64,000 nt of DNA from an uncultured Thermoleophilia bacterium. GTDB lineage: Bacteria > Actinomycetota > Thermoleophilia > Gaiellales > Gaiellaceae. A model generated the notes under the pieces. It did not search any database and was not told where the DNA came from. It saw only the letters and a list, made by a program, of their open reading frames with translations. Shown piece by piece: positions 30,478 to 39,697 of the stretch; within the stretch, counting starts at the first letter, position 1, and the number at the start of each line of letters is the position of its first letter. The position numbers and the translations under genes are program-made. The stretch spans positions 60,069 to 124,068 of the forward strand of contig CAWIQC010000002.1 in assembly GCA_963838105.1 (NCBI GenBank), read 5' to 3'.

Positions 30478-31705
30478 CGCTGCACCTTCGGTCCTCGGAG
30501 CCAGAGCGACACCTGAGCGGGCTCCAGCGTTCGCCCCACCACGGCGGTGAGCTCGCCCTGGAGCGCCGCGATGTCGACCTCGTCGCGGAGGCGGGCGGCA
30601 GAAGGCCTCGAGCGTGCGCTGCGCGTCGTAGCGGCGGCGGTAGAAGCGCCGGTCGACAGCTCGCTGGACTCGGGCCCGCACGGGACGGAAGAGCGCGGCG
30701 ACGGCGAGCGTGGAGACGGCGATGGCCAGGTCCGAGCCTCCGCCGAACGACGAGAACACCTCCTGGAGGCCGAGCACGATCCCGAAGTAGGCGCCGGCGA
30801 GGAGCGCAGAGACCGCGCCGTAGACGACCGCCCGGTTGACGATCCGGTCGAGCTCGTAGAGGCGGTAGCGGAGGATGGCGATCCCGGCCGCGATGGGGAT
30901 GGTGGCGACTGAGAGCAGCAGAACCGGCTCCCAGGGCCCGTCGTCGATCCACCAGAAGAGCGAGCGGGCCGCTGGCCCATGCCACGGCCACCAAGCCCGC
31001 GGCGCTCGCGACCCACTTGAGCTGCTGCCGCTCGAGGCCCGTCGAGCGGCGAAACCGCAGGATCAGCGAGATGGCCGACGCGATAAGGCTTGCGAGCATC
31101 AGCACGAACGCCACGTTCGCGACGATCTCGAGGGCGTCGGCAGCCGCACCTGCGACTGCGTACGGGTTCTCGATCGACTCGAAGCCCTCGAGCGGGCCGG
31201 GCAAGAACATCTCCGCGAGCAGGGCCAGCACGATCCCGCCCCCGGCGGCCCAGAGGACCGGCAGCCAGCGCCGCGAGAGAAGTGGCCGTTGGGGAAGAGG
31301 AGGAAGACCAGGGTTCCGCTCAGGATGAGCGGAGCCAGGAAGAGCCAGGACTGCAGCCAGGCCATCGCCATGCCCGCGGGCAGCGACCCCGGCTCGGTGA
31401 CGAGCGCGTAGGAGGCGTACTCGTTCGCGAAGGCCGAGATCGCGAACATCGCTCCGAGGCTGACGAAGATCCAGCCGATCGGGTTCCCCGGACGGCGGGA
31501 GGCGACGAGCGCCCCGACGGTCGAGAACGTGAGCAGAGCGACGACGAAGAAGACGGTCGCGACCTGCGATCCGATCGTGCTCATCCCCCTCTCATCGGGG
31601 CTCGAGCGGTTGAGAACGAGCGAACGCGAGAGCGGCTAACGTCAGGGCGAAGGACGAGCGCCGCAGACCCCCCAGGCAAGGCGTGTCGTCGGCGGGCCGG
31701 CTCAT
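30474..31705 (-). CDS. Array paralog B: membrane module plus juxtamembrane segment, no output domain; frame breaks
   Basis: MSRPADD.., [75 protein letters not shown]-stop. TGA overlaps the ATG of paralog A (ATGA at 30474..30477). Confidence 0.7.
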
Positions 31706-32947
31706 CGGCTCGCCTCCTGCGTCTCGGAGCCAGAGCGAGACCTGAGCGGGCTCCAGCGTTCGCCCCACGACGGCGGTGAGCTCGCCCTGGAGCGCGGCGA
31801 GGTCGATCTCGTCGCGGAGGCGGGCGGTGAAGGCCTCGAGCGTGCGCTGGGCGTCGTAGCGGCGGCGGTAGAAGCGCCGGTCGACCGCCCGCTGGACTCG
31901 GGACCGCACGGGCCGGAAGAGCGCCGCGACGGCGAGCGTGGAGACGGCGATGGCGAGGTCGGAGCCGCCGCCGAAGGACGAGAACACCTCCTGGAGGCCG
32001 AGCACGATTCCGAAGTAGGCGCCGGCGAGGAGCGCGGTCACCGCGCCGTAGACGAGGGCCCGGTTGACGATGCGATCGATGTCGTAGAGGCGGTAGCGGA
32101 GGATCGCGAGCCCGGTCGCCAGCCGGGATGGTGCCGAGCGCGACGAGGCCGAACCGGCATCGGGGGGCCCGTCGAAGCTCGTGCGAGAAGGCGAGCGGCC
32201 GATCGTTCAGCGGCACGATGACGAGCAAGCGCGCGGCGACCGAGGCGAGACCCACTTGATCTGCTGCCGCTGCTCGCGGTTCGCGAGGCGAAACCGCAGG
32301 AACGAGCGAGGTCACCGAGGCGATCAGGAGCACGACCAGGCGTGTCAGGCCGAAGCCACGTCGGCGACGAATCTCGAGGACGCCGGCACGCCGACCTGGG
32401 GTTCGTCGAGGTGCTCGAGCGGCTACCTCGAGCGGGCCCGCCCGGAACGTGAACGAGAGCGGGCGCCAGCACGATCAGCCACGGCGGCCGCGAAGTAGCG
32501 ACGGACGCCAGCGCGCCGACGAGAAGACGGCCGTCGGGAAACAGGAGGACGATCACCGCCATGACGCCCGAGGACGAGCGGATCCAGGTCCAGCCAGGAC
32601 GAGCCAGAGCGACGCCACGCGCCGCCGGCAGCGAGCCCGCGCTCGGTCGCGAGCTCGGCGTAGCCGCCGGACACGTTCGCGAAGCCCGAGATCGAGGACG
32701 CCGCGCCAGGCGAGAAGAACCAGCCGATCGGGTTCTCCGGGCGCCGGGAGGCGACGAGCGCGCCCACGGTCGCGAAAACGCTGAGGATAGCGACCCAGGA
32801 CGACGACAGCCCGACCTGCGATCCGAGTCGGCATCCGAGCCCGTTCCGGTGCTCGAGCCGTAGAACGACGAGACCAGGCCGGCTGAGATCAGCCGAGGAC
32901 GCCGACCCAGGCGCCCCAGGCGAGGCGGTGGCCGTGCGGCTGCTCAC
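31702..32947 (-). CDS. Array paralog C: same family, the most heavily frame-broken copy
   Basis: GTG 32947 overlaps the stop of the cyclase gene (GTGA). [45 protein letters not shown] (from DNA), [25 protein letters not shown]. Expected ATGA junction with B is out of frame here. Confidence 0.55.
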
Positions 32948-34285
32948 CGCTCCACCTCGGCGGCGAAGAGCTGACGCTCGCCCTGCACGCCCTTGAGCTC
33001 ACGGGTGCGAGGGTCTTCGAAGCGGACCCCGGAGCCGGCCACGAGCTCGCGGACGGTGCTCGAGACGAGGATCTCGCCGGCGCCGGCCATCTCGGCGACC
33101 CGCGCTCCGATGTGCACCGCGATGCCGCCCAGGTCGTCGCCGTGGAGCTCGCACTCACCTGCGTGGACACCCGCGCGGAGCTCGAGACCGAGCGGCCGGA
33201 CGCCGTCGCGAACGGCGGCGGCGCAGCGGATCGCCTGCGTCGGGCTGTCGAAGGCTGCGAAGAAGCCGTCGCCTGTCGTCCGGAGCTCGCGACCGCGGAA
33301 GCGATCGAGCTCCCTTCGCACCAGCTCGTTGTGGCGCTCGAGCAGCTCCTTCCAGCGACTGTCGCCGAGCCTCGTCACGTGCTCCGTCGAGCCGACGATG
33401 TCGGTGAAGAGCAGGGTCGTCAGCACCCGCTCGGGCTCGGGAGCGGTCCGGCGCGCACCGGTCACGAGCTCCTCGACCTCGCCGACGAGCGTCTCCGCGT
33501 CGCCGGCGAACGGCCAGTGGTCGTCGCCGGGAAGCTCGACGAGTCGCGCGCCGTGGATGTGATCGGCCAGATAGCGGGAGTGACCGACGTCGACGAACCG
33601 GTCGCCCCTCCGGTGGAGGACGAGCGTGGGCGCCCGGAGCCCGTCGAGCCGGTCGCGCACGTCGAGCTCGGTGTTCATCCGCATGAGCGAGACCGCGCGC
33701 CCGGGGCTCGCTCCGAGCCGCAGGAGCCGGGCGAACCAGCTCCGGTAGGCCTCGTCGTCTGCCAGGCTCGGCGCGAGAAGCGCGGCGCCGTCGCGCGGTG
33801 CCCCAGCCCTCCTCGGTCGCCGAAAGGTAGAGCTGGATCGCCGCCGGCGACCAGCCGAGGTCGTAGCCGTCGCCCTGGGTGAACTTCGCCAGGCCGGCGT
33901 AGAGGGCGAGCGCCGCGACGCGCTCGGGGTGCTCGGCGGCGAAGAGCGCGGCCAGCGCAGCGCCGTCGAACACGCCGAGGAGAGCGGCGCGCTCCGAGCC
34001 GGCGGCGTCGAGCACCGCGCCGATGTCGTCGATCCGCGCCTCCGGGGTCGGGAGGCCGTCCACGGGGTCGGACATGCCGGTGCCGCGCTTGTCGAACACG
34101 ATCAGGCGCGAGAAGGCCGCGAGCCGGCGCAGGAAGCGGGCGGACGCCGGCAGCTCCCAGCTCCATTCGGCGTGCGACAGGAAGCCCGGCACGAGCATCA
34201 GGTCGACCGGGCCCTCGCCCACGACCTGGTACGCGATCGTGACCTCGCCGCTGCGGGCGTAGCGCGTGTCGACCTGTGGCGTCAT
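32944..34285 (-). CDS. alpha/beta-hydrolase fused to a class III adenylate/guanylate cyclase domain, at least 1 frame break
   Basis: MTPQVDTRYARSGEVTIAYQVVGEGPVDLMLVPGF...FDKRGTGMSD...GVFDGAALA; then LLFTDIVGSTEH...RTTGDGFFAAF...RAGVHAGECE...GIAVHIGARV. ATGA overlap with upstream paralog E. Confidence 0.8.
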
Positions 34286-35484
34286 GTCGCACGCTCCCGG
34301 AGCCAGACCGATACGTGCGCCGGCCGCATCGTCTCGTCGACGGTGGCGGCGAGCTTCGTCTCGAGCGCGGCGAGCTCGACCTCCTCGCGCACGTGGCTCG
34401 CGAATGCCTCGAGGGTGCGCTGGGCGTCGTACTTGCGCCGGTAGAAGCGGCGATCGACGAGGGCCTGGATGCGGCCCCGGACCGGACGGAAGAGCGCGAA
34501 CGCGATGAGCGTCGACGCCGCGATCGCGAGATCGCCGCCTCCGGCGAACGACGAGAACACCTGCTGGAAGAGTAGGACGATCGCGAGGTAGAGGCCGGCG
34601 AGGGCCACGGTCGCCGTGCCGTAGACGAGCGTGCGGCGGATGATCAGGTCGATGTCGTAGAGGCGGTACCGCAGGATCGCGAGGGCGGTCGCGATGGGGA
34701 TGCCCACGAGCAGGGCGAACAGCGTGGCGGCCCAGAGGACGTCCCCGGCCAGCTCCCAGTCCACTGCCGCGAACGGGAGGACCAGGGCGATCGGGGTCGG
34801 CAACGACAAGGGCGAGCCACTTGAGCTGTTGGCGCTCGACTCCTCTGGCGCGCCGGAAGCGAAGCGCGAGCGAGAGAACTGCCGCCGCGAGGCTCGCGAC
34901 GAGCAAGCGCTGCGCCGGCCAGCCGCAGTCGCTTCCAGCAGGCCGGCCGCGTCGACGCCGAGCGGGTTTGGCGAACCCCCCGTAGAGAGGGTCGGGGTGC
35001 AGGCCTTCACCCAGGATCGAGAGCACGATCGCGCCCGCAGCCAGCCAGATGGCGAGGCGCCAGCGAGGCGTGAGCGGCCGGCCGTCAGGGAAGAGGAGCG
35101 AGGAAGATCGCGCTGAGCGCGAACGCGGGCCAGGTGCTCCACTCGTAGAACCACGCGAGCCACTGCGGCGCGGGCACCGCGTCGGGCCGCACGGCGGCGA
35201 TCTCGCCGCCGATCTCGACGATGCCGTTCGAAGGCCCAGACGAGCGACGTGCAGCACATGACCCAGCCGACGGCGTTCTCGGGCCGGCGAGCGGCGACGA
35301 GCGCGCCGGTCGTCGCGAACACGGCGAGCCCGAGGTCACCGAGAATCGTGAGCCAGAGCGGCTCGATGTCAGCCTCCTCCGCCGCAGACGCGCCGTAGAC
35401 GGCGAGAGCGATCCCGAGCCCGGTGAGGGCGAGGTACAGGGCCCAGAGGGACCAGGCGAGGCGGGTTGTTGTGCGCGTGCTCAC
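34282..35484 (-). CDS. Array paralog E: membrane module plus juxtamembrane segment, no output domain; frame breaks
   Basis: GTG 35484 (GTGA overlap with F). [93 protein letters not shown]-stop. Confidence 0.7.
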   Translation of the reverse strand: MSTRTTTRLAWSLWALYLALTGLGIALAVYGASAAEEADIEPLWLTILGDLGLAVFATTGALVAARRPENAVGWVMCCTSLVWAFERHRRDRRRDRRRAARRGARAAVARVVLRVEHLARVRAQRDLPRSSSLTAGRSRLAGASPSGWLRARSCSRSWVKACTPTLSTGGSPNPLGVDAAGLLEATAAGRRSACSSRASRRQFSRSRFASGAPEESSANSSSGSPLSLPTPIALVLPFAAVDWELAGDVLWAATLFALLVGIPIATALAILRYRLYDIDLIIRRTLVYGTATVALAGLYLAIVLLFQQVFSSFAGGGDLAIAASTLIAFALFRPVRGRIQALVDRRFYRRKYDAQRTLEAFASHVREEVELAALETKLAATVDETMRPAHVSVWLRERAT

Positions 35485-36651
35485 GTTCGTATGTCGGGCG
35501 ACCGTAACCAGAGCGAGACCTGTGCGGGCTGCAACGTCTCCTGCACGACGCCGCGGAGCTCCTCGCCGAGCGCGTCGAGGTCGATCTCGTCGCGCAGGCT
35601 GGCGGAGAAGCTCTCGAGGGTTCGCTGAGCATCGTAGCGACGGCGATAGAACCGCCGGTCCACCAACTGCTGGATGCGTCGTCGGGCCGGGCCGAACAGC
35701 GCGGCGACCGCGAGCGTCGAGACGGCGACGGCGAGGTCGGAGCCGCCCGCGAACGACGAGAACACCTTCTGCAGGGCGAGCACGATCCCGAAGTAGAGGC
35801 CGGCCAGAGCTACCGTGGCGACGCCGTAGACGAGGGTTCGCTTGAGGACGAGATCGAGGTCGTACAGCCGGTAGCGGAAGATCGCGATGCCTGCCGCGAT
35901 CGGCAGACTCGAGAGTCCCAGAGCTCCGAGCACGGACAGCACCTCGCCCGAGTCGATGAGGAAGAACGAGGCGATGAAGATCGGTGCCGCCGCGAGGAAC
36001 CAGCGGAGCTGCTGCCGCTCGTCCGCCCCTGCAGAGCGATATCGGACGAACACGGACACTACTGCGAGCAACAGCGCGAGCATTGTCCCGAGCCACGCCC
36101 AGTCGCCGCCGGAAAACAACGGGAACTCGATCTCGATGGGCTTGTCTGCCCCGGTAACGCTCGAGAGCGTGCCCGGCCCGAGGGCGGTTCCCAGCCCCAT
36201 CACGAACAGCGAGGCAGCGGCGAGCCAGGCGACGGGACGGAATCGTGGGGAGGTCAATTCCCCGGTCGGAAACAGCAGGAGGAGAAACGTTCCGAGCGCG
36301 AGCGCGGCGACAGGAGCCAGATCTGCCGCCAACCCTGCCCAGGAGCCGCCCGGCAGCGAGCCCGGCGACTCTCGAAGTGCGTAGATCGCGTATTCCTGGC
36401 AGAACAGCGCGATCTGAATTCCGAGTCCCAGCCGCGAGGAAGATCCAGCCGACCCGGTTCCCGAACCGGCGTGACACGATCAAGGCGCCGACGGCCGAGT
36501 AGGCGAGGATCGAGACGATGAGGGCCGGGTCGGTCGCCCGCGGGAGGTCGGAGACCTCGAGTGAGCGCGTGGGCACCCACAGCGCGAGCCCCGCGGCGGC
36601 GAACGCGACGGAGAGCCCGAAGAGCGACCAGGCTACGCGGCCGCTCGTCAC
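35481..36651 (-). CDS. Array paralog F: membrane module plus juxtamembrane segment, no output domain; one or two frame breaks
   Basis: GTG 36651 (GTGA overlap with G). [97 protein letters not shown]-stop. Confidence 0.75.
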
Positions 36652-37902
36652 CGCTTCTCCTGAGCAGGACGAAGCCAGAGCGAGACGTCGGAGGGTTGCA
36701 TGGTGTCGCGAACGACGGTACGTAGCTCGGTGCCGAGCGCGTCGAGGTCGACCTCGTCGCGGAGGCGGGCGGAGAAGGTCTCGAGCGTGCGCTGGGCGTC
36801 GTAGCGGCGGCGGTAGAAGCGCCGGTCGACGGCGTGCTGGACGCGCCGGCGCGCGGGCCCGAACAGCGCCGCGACGGCGAGCGTCGAGACGGCGACGGCG
36901 AGGTCGGAGCCGCCGGCGAACGACGAGAAGACCTGCTGCAGGGCGAGCACGATCCCGAAGTAGAGGCCGGCCAGGCCGGCGGTCGAGGACGCCGTAGACG
37001 AGCGTCCGGCGGATGATCACGTCGATGTCGTAGAGGCGATACCTGAAGATCGCGATGCCGATGGCGAGCGGGAGAGCCACGAGGCCGGCGACCAACGGCG
37101 CCGCGCCGATCCAAGACTCCCCGTTCGTGGCCGAGAGCGTGATGAATCCAGCTGCGAGGAGGGTGGCCGCGTAGGCGAACCACTTGAGCTGCTGGCGCTC
37201 GTCTCCCCTGGCACGGTGAAGGCGAAGCACGAACGAGCTCGCCGAGGCGAGGATGCTGACGACGAGCAGCGTCCAGCCGGTGGAGCCCTTCGAGCGACGT
37301 CGAAGAACCGTCCGGCGCGGTCGATCCCGAACGGATTCTCGATCGAGGTGATGTCATCGAAGCCGCCCAGCGGGCCCGGGCGAGAACGAGCCCAGGAAGA
37401 GGGCGACGAGGGAGCCCGCTGCGAGCCACGCGACGGGTCGCCAGCGCCGCGAGGGCAACCGACCGTCCGGGAAGAGGAGGAGGAGGAACGCTGCGGTGAT
37501 ACCCAGTCCGACGTAAGGCGTCCACGACCAGAGCCAACCCAACGCCTGACCTGCTGGCAGCGAGCCGGGGTTTGTGAAGATGGCGTAGATCGCGTAGCCC
37601 TGGGCGAAGCCGGAGATGGCAAAAGCACCCCCGGCGGCAATGAGGATCCAGCCGATCGCATTGCCGGTCTGGCGCGTGGCGATGAGGGCTCCGACGGCCG
37701 AGAAAGGAAGGAAGACGAGTGCGAAGAGCGCCTCGTCGTGCGCCTCCTCGCCGTCCGGGAGCGGCGTCGAGAGGTTGAGGGCCAGAAACGCGAGGCTGAG
37801 CGCGGTGAGCACGAGCGAGAGCCCGGCGAGCCCGAGGGCCACCCGGACCCAGATCGTGGTAGCCCCCGGTCTTCCCATGCGAATCGGCCGGCTCCTAGCC
37901 AC
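36648..37902 (-). CDS. Array paralog G: membrane module plus juxtamembrane segment, no output domain; frame breaks
   Basis: [113 protein letters not shown]-stop. Start is GTG 37902 or ATG 37878. Confidence 0.75.
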
Positions 37903-38358
37903 AGCTACGGCTCAGTCTGTCGAACCGCCAAGCTCGGACGGCCACGAGCTGAGCGATCAGGACGATGGCCAGCGCATTGACGACGTGCAGGGCAGACAAC
38001 GTCGGCACGTTGTCCTGCGCGAGGACGAGCAGGCCCTGGACGATCGTCAGGCCCGTGAGCAGCGCAGATGGCCAGAGGATCCCGCGACCCATTCGCCAGC
38101 GAGCGCCGTGAGCAGGATGAGCGCGGCGATGAACGTGAGCACGCTGCCGAGAATCCGGTGGGCGCCGAAGCTCTGCCCATCGAAGACGGCTAGGCCTGCG
38201 AGCAAGAACTGGGTGACCAGCCCCGCGAGGAACGCGACGACGAAGATCCAATGAAGGGTCCGGGCTGCGCGTCGCTGGGGCCTCCAGTGGAATCGTCGCC
38301 TCGTTGTTCGCGGCGACGAACCGAGCTTTGCCACGGGGCTGGTGCGAAGATCGCTCAC
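37895..38358 (-). CDS. Small polytopic membrane protein (possibly DUF6220-like), one frame break near 38060
   Basis: GTG 38358 overlaps the stop of paralog H (GTGA). [35 protein letters not shown]... / ...[24 protein letters not shown]. Family assignment is from memory only. Confidence 0.5.
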
Positions 38359-39590
38359 CGACCGCTCCTGAGCCAGAGCGAGACGTGTGCCGGCTGCATC
38401 GTCTCCTCGACGACGCCGGTCGAGCTCATCTCGCAGCGCGTGCAGGTCGATCTCGTTGCGCAGGCTGGCGGAGAAGCTCTCGAGCGTGCGCTGGGCGTCG
38501 TAGCGGCGCCGGTAGAAGCGGCGGTCCACCGCGGTTTGAATTCGTCGCCGCGCCGGCCCGAACAGTGCGGCGACGGCGAGGGTCGAGACGGCGACGGCGA
38601 GGTCGGAGCCGCCGGCGAACGACGAGAACACCTGCTGCAGGGCGAGCACGATGCCGAAGTAGAGGCCCGCCAGCGCGGCGGTCGCGACGCCGTAGACGAG
38701 CGTCCGGCGGATGATCACGTCGATCTCGTAGAGGCGGTACCTGAGGATCGCGAAGCTGGCGGCGATCGGGATCGCGGTGAGCGCAGCGACCGCCAGCGCG
38801 CCAGGACCAGCTCCTCGAAAACGGCCGACCCCGTGTCCTCGGACGAAGCCCTCCTACCAAGAAGACGACGGCGAAGAACACGCCGTGCTCGCCACCCACT
38901 TGAGCTGCTGACGCTCGACGGCTCCCGAGCGCCGGAAGCGCACGACGAGCGCCGCCGCGGCGATCGCGAGGCTCGGGAGAAGAATGAACCAGCCGGCCAC
39001 TGCGGCGTTCCCGAGCACCTCGGGCGCTCCCTCGATGCGGAGCGGGTTCTCGACGTGCTCGAACGGCTCCGTGAGCGTCTCCGGCGCGAGAACGCCGACG
39101 CAGAAGCGCGAGGAGACCGACGGCCTGGAGCCACACGAGAGGCCGCCAGCGGCGCGAGGGAGGCCTTCCCGTCGGGAACAGCAGCAGGATCAGCACCCCC
39201 GCGAAGAAGGCCACGGCCCAGATGTTGGCGCCGACGAATGCCGCGTACGCGCCTCCGGGAAGGGAGCCGCGGTTCCGCGACGAGCGCGTGGTGGCCGTAC
39301 GCCGTGGCGAACACCGCGACGGCGAGGACGACGCCGACGACGCAGAAGAGCCAGCCGATGGGGTTTCCGGGTCGTCGCCTCGCGATCGATCGATGCCGAC
39401 GGCCGGCGAACGCGACTGGCCGGGATGAGGACGACGGCGTCGTCCCAGCGATCGTCGATATGCGCCGAGCGGCGAGCGTGCCCGCCGAGCCAAGGCGAGC
39501 GAGAGCCGCAGAGGGCACCCAGGCGAACGGCGCGCTCAGGTGGGCAAGAGCCGCGTCGCGGCGATCAACGGATTCTCCGCCAACGCGCAC
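38355..39590 (-). CDS. Array paralog H (first gene of the operon): membrane module plus juxtamembrane segment, no output domain; frame breaks
   Basis: [94 protein letters not shown]-stop. Start GTG 39590 is approximate. Confidence 0.7.
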
Positions 39591-39657
39591 GCGTCGCGCC
39601 AGTCCAAGGCTCGACGACGTCCCATGGTCGGAGCGTGCAGCGGCGCCGTTCCGGGTC

Positions 39658-39676
39658 CGTTACGGCGACCGTAACG
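39658..39676. promoter_or_regulatory. Palindrome CGTTACGG-CGA-CCGTAACG in the 107-bp divergent control region
   Basis: 8-bp perfect arms between the operon start (39590, minus) and the SARP gene start (39698, plus). Confidence 0.4.
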
Positions 39677-39697
39677 CGGTCGAGGTACGTTGCGCTC

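Noticed and set aside
34282-37230. Single 982-aa ORF across the sensor array
   Set aside because: It is a chimera. Only its first and last segments carry family motifs, and the middle is out-of-frame Arg/Pro-rich text. Motif tracing shows three separate genes (G, F, E), each ending in WLR-stop with GTGA overlaps.
38984-39697. N-terminal 238-aa extension of the SARP ORF (supplied ORF 38984..42481)
   Set aside because: The extension is antisense to paralog H and compositionally junk. The conserved OmpR/BTAD domain starts at SLLGPPRIEVDG, right after GTG 39698.
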